Notes: a model not told the origin generated them from the letters alone. A DNA stretch of 64,000 nt from Promethearchaeia archaeon (GCA_029856145.1 JAHQWK010000026.1:27628-91627); one strand, 5' to 3'. Positions 9,974 to 21,081 are shown, numbered from the stretch's first letter. Numbers and translations: made by a program.

Positions 9974-12900
9974 TTGATTCGACGAAAAAAAGAGATAAAA
10001 CGAATATTTATTACCGCACTTTTCATTGTTACAATTTGTTTGTCTAATGTGCAGATATTAAATAATTTTATTGTATTTCAAGATGATAAAATAAATAATA
10101 ATCTTGATGACGAACTCATAGATGAGAATCTTCAAAGTTCTAACCGTAATATTGATGAAGTATTTGCAAATTCTGGTGTAAATCAAGATGTTAGAATTTA
10201 TACAAGTAATACATCAGTAAATTTACAAAATAATGAAAAATTCTTTGAAATTCCTTCACTTGCTTCTCGAGATATGTCTCTTGTTTATGGAAATTTTAAT
10301 TTTACATTTCAAAATAACTTTACCACAGATTATGTTATAGAGGATTATGATGCTCTCTACGCAAATGATTTTATCGCTTTTGATTATGATACAGATTATT
10401 CAGGTATTACTTACAATAATGGTACGCGACTTGATGGAGGTTGGGATTATTTATGGGACGATTTAAATTCTACATCTATTTATTTTGATGCTGAAAATGG
10501 TTTACTAAATTTTACCATTTCGGCTAATTTCACAGGCACTTCATATACTTCTGGAGTCATTAATGGTAGAGTTCAGTTTAACCGGTTAAAAATTCTTGGT
10601 TTCATCACTTCATTAGTTTTTAGACTTTATGCAGATGCAGATCTCACAGTGAGGATATATGATAATTCACATTCTACTTGGATAGATGTGATATCTGGGC
10701 TCCCTATTAACAGTAGTTTTGGTAGACAAAGAATAAATGAGCATATCATTAATGAAAATTTAAATTTCATCGATTTAACAGACACTTGTCATTTACAGTT
10801 TATTTTTGAAAGATCTGATCAAACCCAATTTGAGGCAAGGATACATGGATTTGAGATGCAATCTACTTATGCTTTTGATATTCCTATCACTAGTCAAGAG
10901 TATGTGGCATTAGAATTTGATTTAAGAGGAGAAGAATCAACAGTTAACGGGTTTTATGCCTGGATAAGAACCCTCGATCTAGTAGAAGCTGCTACCACGG
11001 AATTAAATATATCTCTATATCGAGCGGATAGAACGGTTATAAGAACCCCCAGTAATTTAAGAAATATTGATTTAGAGCCAAATTATAATGAGATGATAGA
11101 TTCTGTGTTAGTAAATGGATATAATGGGGATAGTTTAACGCATTTTAAATTTGACATAAGTAATACAGGAAAATTGAACCTTTATAATTATTTTATCGTT
11201 ATCAAATCTAATAATCTTAATGAAGTTTATAGTTTGGTAACATTGCCTCATTACTATTTTGGAGATGAAACAACCGACCATCAATTAAAAACAACTCTAG
11301 ATGATGGAAACAATTGGAGTAATGCTGAACAGGTAATTCCCACTACCACATCAACATATTTATCAGGACAGTTAGACGCCAGCTCATTTAAGTTAAATGT
11401 AACAAGAGGATATATGCCATCAGATTTCATTGTGAATGATAACCATACTTTAAGAATTCAAGATATACCATTAGAAAATTTCGAGGATGATGCATTCCCT
11501 TATAATGAAAGTTCATACTTAACATGGGGTTTAGGTCAATGGAAACATGATTTTCCAACAGCTATCGAGGATGACCCTTCAAATCATTTTCGAGTGGATC
11601 TTACTTGGAATAAATCTATTACTAAAGGATTTAAATTCAATGTATCATCATGCTCTGTGAATGCTTACTGGATTGAACCTGCGGTAAGCACATACACCGC
11701 ATACTATAATATTGATCCTGAATGGTTATTTACTTACGATTTGGATAAAAATGATCCATCTTTCACATATTGGGAATTTCTTGAGTTTTGGTATGTCTTT
11801 CATGATTATTTTACTGCTTATAATGTAACAAATCCTATTAATGAAAAGATCCTTCCGCAAGGAGAAGAACAAAGTATAATAACTGAAGACCCAAGTAAAA
11901 ATAAAATAATTGTTCAAAATGATATTATAACGCAGAGCGGATTTTATACTCTTAATTTAACTTCACATAATTTTATCTATGATATGCATAGTTATATTAA
12001 TTATAAAGGAATATTATGGGAATCAAACGGTTTTATGAATGGAGATAATATATCTCTTCGTGCTGATATACAAGATCATAAAAATAATGCACCTAAGAGC
12101 GATGATTTAAATGTAATTCTTTTTTACCCAAACGGAACAGAATTTATTGAACTGAATTCTTCAAATGGTCTTATTGATGATTCTATATTATTTTACGATT
12201 TTAATAACCAAACAATTCTAGATGTTACAAAAGATCTCACAATTTTTGGAGAATATCATTTAGGTTTCTTTTGCTTTAATGGTTCTGCTATAGGATGTAA
12301 AAAATTAACGCTTTACATTGATGTATATGATATTGAATTATACAATCTTGAATATTATTCATTTTTAAACGCGAATATACTTGATGGAGAAATAAAAAAT
12401 AAGGTTTTCCAGAATTATACTATGTTAGTAGCTTCTATAAACGATACAACAGGAGTTTCTATGCCAAACTTCTATCCAATCAATAAGACTGATTTAAATG
12501 AAGTATTTTCTTATGAGGTTGGTGGACAAGATTTAGAAATTATGATCACATCTTTTTTACAGAGTGAAAATATTATAAATCCCGGTGAAACGATAAATAT
12601 AAACATAACACTCCAAAATCTACATGAATTTATTTCCTTTGAAGTGATGGTTGAAGTAAAATTAGTTTCCTTCATAAATGAAGAATGGATTATCGCAGAA
12701 GATACATCTAATTCCGTTCTATTAGAGTTTTCAGGACATCCAAATGATAATAAAGAATTTAGCTTGGATCTTACAATTCCCAATTTAGACGGGGGTACTC
12801 ATATCTGGAAAGGTGTTAATGCTCCAATCAGATTAGGTGGTGCAAAAACAATAGTAGAGATTTATATAGATGATCCAACCCTTGTTGGTGTATTTGAAAG

Positions 12901-14077
12901 TCTGGATTACTCATTGGTGAGTAATGAAACTTCTGATAATTTTGAAGGTTACATTCTTGGAATGAGGGTAGCAGAAGAAGCAACAAGTAGGTCTATCTTA
13001 TATGATTTTGAAAGAGATGAATGTATTTATTTTCCTGATGCTTCAAAATTCCTAGTTAATATAATCGATCAAAATTATGTAAGTAGCTATGAACAATTTG
13101 CAGATGAATTTTTCTTAAATCTCAATAGTAAATTTATGAATATTACTATAGATCCTATCAATCCTATTAAAGGACAAACATTCAATTTAAGCTCCATCTT
13201 AACCACTGAGTTTGGAGATACCTTATCCGGAAAAAATATATCATGTCAATATTTTAATGATAATGATATCTGGATTGACAAAGGTTCAGATATTACTGAT
13301 TCAAGTGGTTATACTAATTTTTTTATAGACACTCAGACAATTGATTTTGGAGATGAATTATTGCTTAGATTAAATTGGGTTGGTGATACCATAAATGGGA
13401 TTACAAAAAATATCTCAGTAAATATTATCAGTGAACAAAATAATCTTTCCATATCAATAAACCAAAACGATGTTGCTATTTATCAAGGAAAAACCACATC
13501 TTTTAATATTAGACTTGATAATATTGGAGATTCAAATTTAAGAATCACCAATATCACTATCGAGCTAAACAAAGATCAACAATATTCGATCGTCGAAATA
13601 GACTATATTACATTAAGTTGGTTTCGAGCAGGAGAAAGTTCTTTATTGATTGTAGAAGTCTCAGTTAAAGATGTTAATAGGGTTATAATTTCAATATCAA
13701 TAACCGCACAAAATATTCTTACAAACGAAAGTATCATCGTTTCTAAAGAGAAGACATATAACACTTTTCAAATACCTATTTTTGATTATCTAATTCAATA
13801 TTTTATGGGAATGATTGTAGGTCTTATTGCCTTAATTTGGATCATTACTTTATTATATGCGAGGCATACTAAAAAACAAATTGAAACTCCAATTGAGGAG
13901 AAGCCTGCAAAGAAACCACGAAGAGGATACGTCCCTGTAGCTGAATTAAAAAAGCCTAAGCCAGTCAAAAAAATAGTAAAAAAGAAAGAAGAACCTAAGG
14001 AAGAAGAAAAAACGGATTTAGATTCTCTTCTGGAAGAAAGAGGACTAGCTGATAAAAAGAAGAAATCTGAAAAATAA
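9974..14077 (+). CDS. Large single-pass surface glycoprotein-like protein
   Basis: N-terminal signal/anchor, beta-rich N-x-S/T-rich ectodomain, C-terminal TM (YFMGMIVGLIALIWIITLLY) and K/E/P-rich tail. Confidence 0.8.
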   Translation: MIRRKKEIKRIFITALFIVTICLSNVQILNNFIVFQDDKINNNLDDELIDENLQSSNRNIDEVFANSGVNQDVRIYTSNTSVNLQNNEKFFEIPSLASRDMSLVYGNFNFTFQNNFTTDYVIEDYDALYANDFIAFDYDTDYSGITYNNGTRLDGGWDYLWDDLNSTSIYFDAENGLLNFTISANFTGTSYTSGVINGRVQFNRLKILGFITSLVFRLYADADLTVRIYDNSHSTWIDVISGLPINSSFGRQRINEHIINENLNFIDLTDTCHLQFIFERSDQTQFEARIHGFEMQSTYAFDIPITSQEYVALEFDLRGEESTVNGFYAWIRTLDLVEAATTELNISLYRADRTVIRTPSNLRNIDLEPNYNEMIDSVLVNGYNGDSLTHFKFDISNTGKLNLYNYFIVIKSNNLNEVYSLVTLPHYYFGDETTDHQLKTTLDDGNNWSNAEQVIPTTTSTYLSGQLDASSFKLNVTRGYMPSDFIVNDNHTLRIQDIPLENFEDDAFPYNESSYLTWGLGQWKHDFPTAIEDDPSNHFRVDLTWNKSITKGFKFNVSSCSVNAYWIEPAVSTYTAYYNIDPEWLFTYDLDKNDPSFTYWEFLEFWYVFHDYFTAYNVTNPINEKILPQGEEQSIITEDPSKNKIIVQNDIITQSGFYTLNLTSHNFIYDMHSYINYKGILWESNGFMNGDNISLRADIQDHKNNAPKSDDLNVILFYPNGTEFIELNSSNGLIDDSILFYDFNNQTILDVTKDLTIFGEYHLGFFCFNGSAIGCKKLTLYIDVYDIELYNLEYYSFLNANILDGEIKNKVFQNYTMLVASINDTTGVSMPNFYPINKTDLNEVFSYEVGGQDLEIMITSFLQSENIINPGETININITLQNLHEFISFEVMVEVKLVSFINEEWIIAEDTSNSVLLEFSGHPNDNKEFSLDLTIPNLDGGTHIWKGVNAPIRLGGAKTIVEIYIDDPTLVGVFESLDYSLVSNETSDNFEGYILGMRVAEEATSRSILYDFERDECIYFPDASKFLVNIIDQNYVSSYEQFADEFFLNLNSKFMNITIDPINPIKGQTFNLSSILTTEFGDTLSGKNISCQYFNDNDIWIDKGSDITDSSGYTNFFIDTQTIDFGDELLLRLNWVGDTINGITKNISVNIISEQNNLSISINQNDVAIYQGKTTSFNIRLDNIGDSNLRITNITIELNKDQQYSIVEIDYITLSWFRAGESSLLIVEVSVKDVNRVIISISITAQNILTNESIIVSKEKTYNTFQIPIFDYLIQYFMGMIVGLIALIWIITLLYARHTKKQIETPIEEKPAKKPRRGYVPVAELKKPKPVKKIVKKKEEPKEEEKTDLDSLLEERGLADKKKKSEK

Positions 14078-14128
14078 AAATTTCCACTTTTCTTTTATTC
14101 AAATCTTTTAAAAAAAAGAGAATATAAT

Positions 14129-14482
14129 TTAAAGATTACTTATTGAAATCAAGTTTCTTTTTAAGAGTCCAAGGGAACTCCTTCCATCAACTCCAGCTAA
14201 AGCGATTAACACATTTTTCTCTGAACCCACTAAAACAGCATACCCATTGTCAAGTTCTATTGTTGTGGTTTTTAAAGAACCTTTTCCAATATCATTACCT
14301 AAAGTGTTAGAATCTTTAACAATTTTAGCACAAGCTTTTGCAATTTTCGAATGATCCATATCAGTAATTGTTTGACCTATGATAACTTTCCCGTTCGCGT
14401 CAGCAGCTATTAATCCCTCTGTTTCGGGTACGATATCCATCAGTTCCGCCAATTTCTTTTCAAGAGTCTTTTTATCAACCAT
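14129..14482 (-). CDS. Roadblock/LC7 (MglB-like) domain protein
   Basis: 117 aa; LAELMDIVPETEGLIAADANGKVI...TTIELDNGYAVL...SSLGLL. Confidence 0.85.
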   Translation of the reverse strand: MVDKKTLEKKLAELMDIVPETEGLIAADANGKVIIGQTITDMDHSKIAKACAKIVKDSNTLGNDIGKGSLKTTTIELDNGYAVLVGSEKNVLIALAGVDGRSSLGLLKRNLISISNL

Positions 14483-14629
14483 GGTATTTTTCCCTTATAT
14501 AATCATTTCAATAGATTAGAATTCTGACATTGGTTAAGAAATTATCTTAAATAAATATATAGTTAAATATATCGTTTAAGGAATTTAAATTTATCAAATA
14601 TAAAAAAGGAAAAGTGAAAAAATAACTTT

Positions 14630-14926
14630 TTATTTTAGAATGATTAAAATCAAATTCTCTTCTAATGCTATCATTGTTTCTCTTGATTCTCCGCCTACTG
14701 ATGTTTCTAATCTTATAAAACTAAGATCTCCTTCATTTAACGCATCTACAACTTGACGTCCTTTCCCGATGAGTGAAGTAACATAGGCTGCAATTTCTTC
14801 TGAAATATTTATTTCCATATTTGAGTCTATTGGTAAGCCTGATGAATCACAGATAATAACGCCACGAATTCCCTCACGCTCCTCAAAGCGCCTTATGATA
14901 GCTTTGACCTCTGCTCGATTTATAAT
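14630..14926 (-). CDS. Roadblock/LC7 protein resembling dynein light chain roadblock; probable ATT/ATA start
   Basis: Track ORF 14630-14818 extends in frame to (I)INRAEVKAIIRRFEEREGIRGVIICDSSGLPIDSNMEI...; AGGTG SD-like sequence just upstream; no ATG/GTG/TTG before the in-frame TAA at 14963-14965. Confidence 0.85.
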   Translation of the reverse strand: MINRAEVKAIIRRFEEREGIRGVIICDSSGLPIDSNMEINISEEIAAYVTSLIGKGRQVVDALNEGDLSFIRLETSVGGESRETMIALEENLILIILK

Positions 14927-15053
14927 CTTAACTACACCTTTAAAAAAAAATATTCTAAATTTTTAGATATTATAATAATAAGATTATAGGTTTTTAATAA
15001 TTTATATGACTTTTCAATAAATTAATTTTTTTACATGAGTTATCTAAGTATCA

Positions 15054-15689
15054 TTAATTCAAAAAATAATTTCTAAACATATTTAATTCTCTCTCTTCTC
15101 TAACAGATGTAATACCCATATGTCCTGGAAATATAAGAAAATTGTCTGAAATTTCTGGATTATACATAATCTTATTTTTTATACTTGAAAATAAAACCCG
15201 CGGATCTCCTCCTCCAAGATCAGACCTCCCAATACTTCGACGAAAAATTAAATCACCGGTAAAAATTACTCCATCTATATTTTTGCCATCGTATTCTTTT
15301 GGGTCTTTTGAATAATATGATAATGAACCTGGAGAATGTCCGGGAGTTTCTAATACAATAAGTGTCAATTCTCCAATCTTAATAGTGTCCCCTTCAGAAA
15401 GCCATCGATTAGCTTCTTTATGTCTATAAATACCAGAATCAAATTCCTTTTTATTGAACATTAATGGAATATTAAAATATCTCAGAATTTTCCCAAGTTT
15501 TAATGTATGATCATAGTGTCCATGCGTTAATAACAGACTAATAGGATTTACATTTAATTCTTCGATAACTTTAATAATAGTATTAGGTTCACCACCGACA
15601 TCAATAATGACTACTTCTTTAGTTTCGCTTGAACCAAAAATGTAGGAGTTAGTGCCAAGAGGCCCCAAAATTAGTCTTTTTAATATCAA
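15054..15689 (-). CDS. MBL-fold metallo-hydrolase (glyoxalase II-like)
   Basis: THGHYDH, TPGHSPGS, FTGD, PGH. Confidence 0.93.
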   Translation of the reverse strand: MILKRLILGPLGTNSYIFGSSETKEVVIIDVGGEPNTIIKVIEELNVNPISLLLTHGHYDHTLKLGKILRYFNIPLMFNKKEFDSGIYRHKEANRWLSEGDTIKIGELTLIVLETPGHSPGSLSYYSKDPKEYDGKNIDGVIFTGDLIFRRSIGRSDLGGGDPRVLFSSIKNKIMYNPEISDNFLIFPGHMGITSVREERELNMFRNYFLN

Positions 15690-15736
15690 AAAATATACAC
15701 TTCTTTAGGTATTAAAGGTAAAAAAAAATTGAGATG

Positions 15737-16021
15737 TTATTTTTTCAGCATTTGGTTGAGATCATTTAATTTATTATAGAGTTCCAAACCCTTCTCTGTA
15801 AGTTTAATATACTTTACTTTGCTTGTATTTTCAATCTCTATTAAGCCTTTCTTGATTAATTCCTCTTTCACTCGAAAAAACGAATTATAGTATGAAAATT
15901 TATTTAATTCGTTGTAAAATGTATGCTTATCTGCCCGATAGTCTTTTTGGTTAATAAGAACCTGGTACGTGTCCTTAAAACCTTTCTTTTTCATTAATCC
16001 TATTAAATCTTTAAATATCAT
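15737..16021 (-). CDS. Small winged-helix DNA-binding protein
   Basis: ELIKKGLIEI...YIKLTEKG wing motif. Confidence 0.7.
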   Translation of the reverse strand: MIFKDLIGLMKKKGFKDTYQVLINQKDYRADKHTFYNELNKFSYYNSFFRVKEELIKKGLIEIENTSKVKYIKLTEKGLELYNKLNDLNQMLKK

Positions 16022-16358
16022 AATAAGTCCTATACCTAATTAAAATGTCTAGAATATCTTACTAATTTGTAATGGGAAATTAAAAAACATTAAAAAATCT
16101 TTTGATTAGAAATTATTCATTCGAAAAGATTAAATTTGAAGTTTTATAACAAAAATTTTTGTTAATTTAACTATTATATTGAAAATTGTTCACTTGCAGA
16201 TTTGATGCGCTCCCTTTGTCTATGGATATTTTAAGAGATAGTGGGAAAAATGTGGGAAAAATTTAAATAAGATCAATATAATATAATAAATAATTGATTA
16301 AAAAATTAAAAAAAAATTAAAAAAAATTTAGGAGGAAAAAGAAAAAAAGTAAACAAAA

Positions 16359-16517
16359 ATGTTAAAAAAGATCAGTTCAGATATTATTAAAAGTGTTGAA
16401 AGAAGCAATAAGCAAGTGAATAAGATTCCTTCCTTAGATCATTCTAAAATAACGGAGAGAATTTTAGAAAGCTTTATCGAGGGTATAAACAAAAATAAGA
16501 AAATTGATAACCCATAG
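16359..16517 (+). CDS. Small hypothetical protein (52 aa)
   Basis: MLKKISSDIIKSVERSNKQVNKIPSLDHSKITERILESFIEGINKNKKIDNP*; below the track cut-off; upstream AGGAGG is distant (16330). Confidence 0.4.
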   Translation: MLKKISSDIIKSVERSNKQVNKIPSLDHSKITERILESFIEGINKNKKIDNP

Positions 16518-16602
16518 TAAATATAGTTTTTTCTTAAATCTTAATTTTTTGTATTTCTAAACAATAATTTCTTAATTCTTTATTTATTTTAGTATTATAT
16601 CT

Positions 16603-17496
16603 ATGAATACAGAATCAGCAGACATAGTTATTTTAGGACATTTAGCTAAAGATATTATTGAAATTGATGGAACAAGCTATACAAGTCTAGGAGGAGCAGT
16701 TTATTATGGGGGAATGGCTGGATCTCATATGGGCCTAAAGATTACAGTTATTACAAGATTAAAAGAAGATGATTTTTCACTTTTAGAAGTTTTTAAAAAA
16801 AATGGAATAAAATATTTCGCATATCCTTCTGAGGAAACTTCGGGTCTACGAAATATTTATTCGTCAAAAAATATGGAATTTAGGGATTATAAACCGCTTG
16901 GGTTTGCCGGTTTGTTTAAAAGGGAAGAGATTCCTGAGTTTAATCCTCCTCCAAAATTTTTTATTATTAGTCCTATTGTTGCGGGAGAAATTAATTTAGA
17001 ATTATTGGAACATATAAAAAAGAAATACAATAACGTATGTCTTGATATACAAGGTTTTATTCGATTAATAGACCATGGAAAAGTGTTTTATTCTACCCTT
17101 TCTCTAAAAGAAAAGAAACAAATAATTTCTAATATAGAAGTATTAAAGCTTGACCAAACTGAAGCAGAAATTTTAACATGTCATCAAAATATCAATCAAG
17201 CAGCCAAAAAATTAGCCAAATTTGGACCAAATGAAATTTTAATCACCCATGAAAAGGGGATTTCTTTATATACTTCTAATTCAAAATTTACTTTCCCTTG
17301 GAAAAATAAGAATTCAGTAGGAAGGACTGGAAGAGGGGATACTGTTTTTATTAGTTATTTGGGGTCGAGGTTAGATAAGAAGCCTGAAGAATCCTTAAAA
17401 TTTGCCGCAGCTCTTACATCTCTTAAATTAGAATCTCCAGGGCCATTTAATCTACCATTATATCAAGTTGAAAGTTTAATTAAAAAAGAGTATTAG
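16603..17496 (+). CDS. PfkB family carbohydrate kinase
   Basis: LGGAVYY, LDIQG, GRTGRGD (cf. DxxGAGD). Confidence 0.88.
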   Translation: MNTESADIVILGHLAKDIIEIDGTSYTSLGGAVYYGGMAGSHMGLKITVITRLKEDDFSLLEVFKKNGIKYFAYPSEETSGLRNIYSSKNMEFRDYKPLGFAGLFKREEIPEFNPPPKFFIISPIVAGEINLELLEHIKKKYNNVCLDIQGFIRLIDHGKVFYSTLSLKEKKQIISNIEVLKLDQTEAEILTCHQNINQAAKKLAKFGPNEILITHEKGISLYTSNSKFTFPWKNKNSVGRTGRGDTVFISYLGSRLDKKPEESLKFAAALTSLKLESPGPFNLPLYQVESLIKKEY

Positions 17497-17503
17497 TTCA
17501 AAC

Positions 17504-18247
17504 ATGAGACTTGGAGGAATAGTCGATATTTCAACAAAGGATATTCCGGGAAGATCCAGTATGGTCCTTTTCACTGTAGGGTGTAATTTTAAATGTGAGT
17601 TTTGTTATAATAAATATCTTTTACAGCCTAATATTGGGAGAGAATATGAAATTAAAGAAATAATTGATAAAATAGCCACTAATTCATTAGTAAGCGGAGT
17701 AAGCATTACTGGGGGTGAACCAACTCTACAAAAAGATTTACTTGATCTATGTAAACAAATTCAAAAAATTGATAAATATATAAGTATAGATACTAATGGT
17801 TCAAATCCAGATGTCATAATAAAAATTGTTCCATTCATTAATAGAGTCGCTATGGATTTAAAAGGTCCACTAATTCCAGGAAAACTTGAAAAAATCGCAG
17901 GTGTTAAAGTAGAATTAGATAAAATTTTAGAAACTATAAAATTTTTGAATGACCAAAAGCAGATTGATTTTGAAATACGTACTACTTACATAGGAAAATT
18001 ATTAGATGCTGCTGATATTGACGAAATTATAACCTTTCTTAACAATGTAGGATTCAGTGGTAATTTCGTATTGACACAATATCAATTTCTTGAAGGTGTA
18101 GGTGATGAATACAAGAAGATTTTTTCAAAACCAGAGCATGATATTTTAGTAAAATTAATAGAACTATATAAGCATAAAGATTTGTTTTTTAAAATATTTT
18201 TACGGGATGATGTTGTAGGATATTGTAGCATCAATGAATTAAAATAG
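17504..18247 (+). CDS. Radical SAM glycyl-radical activase (anaerobic RNR-activating, NrdG2-type)
   Basis: GCNFKCEFC, ITGGEPTLQ, DTNG, MDLKG, EIRTT. Confidence 0.88.
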   Translation: MRLGGIVDISTKDIPGRSSMVLFTVGCNFKCEFCYNKYLLQPNIGREYEIKEIIDKIATNSLVSGVSITGGEPTLQKDLLDLCKQIQKIDKYISIDTNGSNPDVIIKIVPFINRVAMDLKGPLIPGKLEKIAGVKVELDKILETIKFLNDQKQIDFEIRTTYIGKLLDAADIDEIITFLNNVGFSGNFVLTQYQFLEGVGDEYKKIFSKPEHDILVKLIELYKHKDLFFKIFLRDDVVGYCSINELK

Positions 18248-18255
18248 AGTAATAA

Positions 18256-19584
18256 TTACTTTTTTAGGGTTTTTGTTTCAATTTTCGATTTCATCGCATA
18301 GAACACTATAATTCCACAGACAATTATTATTGATTGAATTATTATAGTAAGCAATTTAAAAGTAAATAATAATCCAATACATGTAATTGCCCCTAATAAA
18401 GCAATTATTGGCACCCACTTGATATTTGGTTTAAGTTTAAAGGGTCTTTTCACATCTGGTTTAGATTTTCTCAATGCGATTAAACTAATATTAACCAAGA
18501 TAAAAGTTATGAGAACACCAAAAACAGTAGCATCTGCTACAATTGAAATATCAACAAGGAAAACTGGAATTATTGTAAAAACCATGGTAAATAATATGGC
18601 TAGTATAGGTGTTCTGTGTTTAGGTGAAATCTTTTTCAACCCTTTTGGAAGAGCTTTATCTCTTGCCATACCATACATCATACGAGAAGTAACGATTAAC
18701 ATGATAAGGACTGTATTAGCTGTAGCAAATAGAGCAATTAGCGACAAAAGTATGCCTCCAAATGGTCCCAGAATTGTCTCAGCAACATCCTTTAAAGGAG
18801 CGTCGGAAGCAGCAATTGTGGAATAATCCAAGATACTCACTATTGAAATTGCAGTAAAGCAATATAGAATTGTGGTAATAATAATTGAATATATAATAGC
18901 TTTAGGAAGATTTTTATGAGGTTCTTTTACTTCTTCAGCTATGTTAGCAATATCTTCAAACCCTATATAAGCGAAAAAGATTAACGCAACTGCGGAAAAG
19001 ATTACTGTAAAAGATGAACCCGTGGGAAGGGTGAAATAATTTGGTTCTTCTGTCCCAAAAAAACCAATTATTATAATAATAATTAAGCCTGATGCTTCAA
19101 TTAAAGTAAATAAGATATTAGTTCTGGTTGATGTTTTAATCCCTACAAAATTAATTATGCTTAATATAATAATAAGTAAAATTGCGAAAATAATAGTTAA
19201 AAAGACTGAGGAAATTCCAAATAAAGTTGATAGATAATTAGCGAAACCTAGAGCAACCGTAGCTGCAGAAAAAATACCTGAAAAAATAATAATCCATCCT
19301 AAAATAAATGATAGATCCCTTTTCTTAAATGCCTCTTCTGTATAGACAAATTCAGCAGCACTTTTAGGATACATTGCGGAAAGTTCAGCATATGACAAAC
19401 CAGTAAAAGCGCCAGTTATAGATGCCAATATAAATGCTAGCCATGATAGATTCCCGGTAGTTCCTACAACGTCACCTATTAAAGCATATATTCCTGCTCC
19501 TAAAACATTTCCCACTCCATATGCAGTAAGTGCAAATAGGGAAACTCTGCGTTTTAATTTAGGTTTCTTTTTTACTTCTTCCAT
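18256..19584 (-). CDS. APC family amino acid permease
   Basis: GNVLGAGIY, YAELSAMYP, FFAYIGFE, SRMMYGMARD; about 12 TM. Confidence 0.93.
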   Translation of the reverse strand: MEEVKKKPKLKRRVSLFALTAYGVGNVLGAGIYALIGDVVGTTGNLSWLAFILASITGAFTGLSYAELSAMYPKSAAEFVYTEEAFKKRDLSFILGWIIIFSGIFSAATVALGFANYLSTLFGISSVFLTIIFAILLIIILSIINFVGIKTSTRTNILFTLIEASGLIIIIIIGFFGTEEPNYFTLPTGSSFTVIFSAVALIFFAYIGFEDIANIAEEVKEPHKNLPKAIIYSIIITTILYCFTAISIVSILDYSTIAASDAPLKDVAETILGPFGGILLSLIALFATANTVLIMLIVTSRMMYGMARDKALPKGLKKISPKHRTPILAILFTMVFTIIPVFLVDISIVADATVFGVLITFILVNISLIALRKSKPDVKRPFKLKPNIKWVPIIALLGAITCIGLLFTFKLLTIIIQSIIIVCGIIVFYAMKSKIETKTLKK

Positions 19585-19691
19585 GGTTAGTCCCTTTTTG
19601 AATATAAATAATTATTATTTCAATTTTATAAAAAATGTAGTTTTTTTTAGTAGTGATTTTTTGCATGTTTTATAGAAAAATTAGAATTTAT

Positions 19692-20207
19692 TTACTTCAA
19701 TTTCTCAGGTCTTACTATGCATGGTTGCTGTACATGTCTATGTTTTTTTGTTTGTTGTAATCTTATTTCTCTCTTTCCCTTCGCATCTTCATAGCGACGC
19801 TTTTCTTCTTCTGTCTCTGGAATTATTTGAGGAATCTCCGTTGGTTTATCATTCTCATCAAGAGCAACAAAAGTAAGATACGCCGATCCTACATGGGTAT
19901 GTGTTCCTGTTCTCAAACATTCTGCTTCTATTCTAACTCCAATCTCCATGGATGTCTTTCCAGTGTAATTAATTGATGCTTTCGCGAATACTAAATTTCC
20001 AATATATACAGGCGAGATAAAATCCATCCTATCGAGTGAGGCTGTTACGCAATTAAGATGCGTGTGTCTTGCTGCTACAATGGCACTAGCCTGATCAACA
20101 AGCTTTAAGATATAACCACCGTGGACATTACCTGCGACATTAGAATGCTCAGGCATCATAACTTGTGCTAATTCTACTTTAGAACCTGATACTTTTTTAT
20201 CTTTCAT
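19692..20207 (-). CDS. Acyl-CoA thioesterase (hotdog, YciA-like)
   Basis: N.AGNVHGG.ILKLVD, TGKTSMEIGV. Confidence 0.92.
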   Translation of the reverse strand: MKDKKVSGSKVELAQVMMPEHSNVAGNVHGGYILKLVDQASAIVAARHTHLNCVTASLDRMDFISPVYIGNLVFAKASINYTGKTSMEIGVRIEAECLRTGTHTHVGSAYLTFVALDENDKPTEIPQIIPETEEEKRRYEDAKGKREIRLQQTKKHRHVQQPCIVRPEKLK

Positions 20208-20255
20208 AATTTAATCAATTTAACTGAAAATTTTTAAAATTAGAAAAATCCATTA

Positions 20256-20516
20256 TTACCCAAAAGGTATAATGGTACTTAAATAAATTATTAAAATGAT
20301 AGAGGCGATAATGAGTATTGGTATAATTATTAAACTATATTTTCGTACTTTTCTTGGAAATTTCTGTTGACAATTTGCACAATTTGCAGCAGGAGCGTTT
20401 GTTCTCTTAGAAAATCCATGTGTTATGTGATCTTGGCATAAAGGCTTTCCACATATAGCGCAATTGGAAACCGCTTCTTTTCCACATTCAGTACAAGTTT
20501 CCATTTTAATACTCAT
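20256..20516 (-). CDS. Small zinc-finger protein with C-terminal TM anchor
   Basis: CTEC..CAIC..LCQDH..CANC plus hydrophobic C-terminus. Confidence 0.7.
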   Translation of the reverse strand: MSIKMETCTECGKEAVSNCAICGKPLCQDHITHGFSKRTNAPAANCANCQQKFPRKVRKYSLIIIPILIIASIILIIYLSTIIPFG

Positions 20517-20622
20517 TTTATATCAAATATATGTTTAATTATTCATTTAGGATTATAAAAACTTGGTTAATAATCAATAAGGATTTGGTTTTTATAATAC
20601 TCCAACTGTGTTTATATTATAA

Positions 20623-20980
20623 ATGAAGTTATTGAAAAGGATAGGGAAAGAAAATCTATATAAATATATAGGAATTGCTCTTATCAGCTCGAGTTTAATT
20701 TTAACAATAATCTCCATTTCATATGCCTTTTTTTTAAGTAACCAAAAAATTTCTTATTTCGATAATGAAAATATTGATGTAGAATCAATTTCAGTAGAGA
20801 TGCACGATGGAGTAATTATTAAAGGTATAATTTATGTTGATAAAGATCTCAAAGAAAATGACACAAACTCAATCCCAACAATTCTATTACTTCATGGCAT
20901 TAATGGAAGAAAAGAACATAAACTAGATATAGTGTATCAATATGTAAAAATAGGTTTGCTGTTATTTCTGTAGAACTAAC
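20623..20980 (+). pseudogene. Truncated alpha/beta hydrolase
   Basis: TM, then PTILLLHGING (oxyanion loop); a 1-nt shift at ~20957 restores GFAVISVEL; homology then stops with no GxSxG. Confidence 0.65.
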
Positions 20981-21081
20981 GTTTTGTTGTATTCTACATG
21001 AAAGTATTCTTTAGAATAATTTAATATTTTTCTTAATAATAAGGAAAGATTGTAAAAATCTCTTATCCCTCCTCTTAATTT

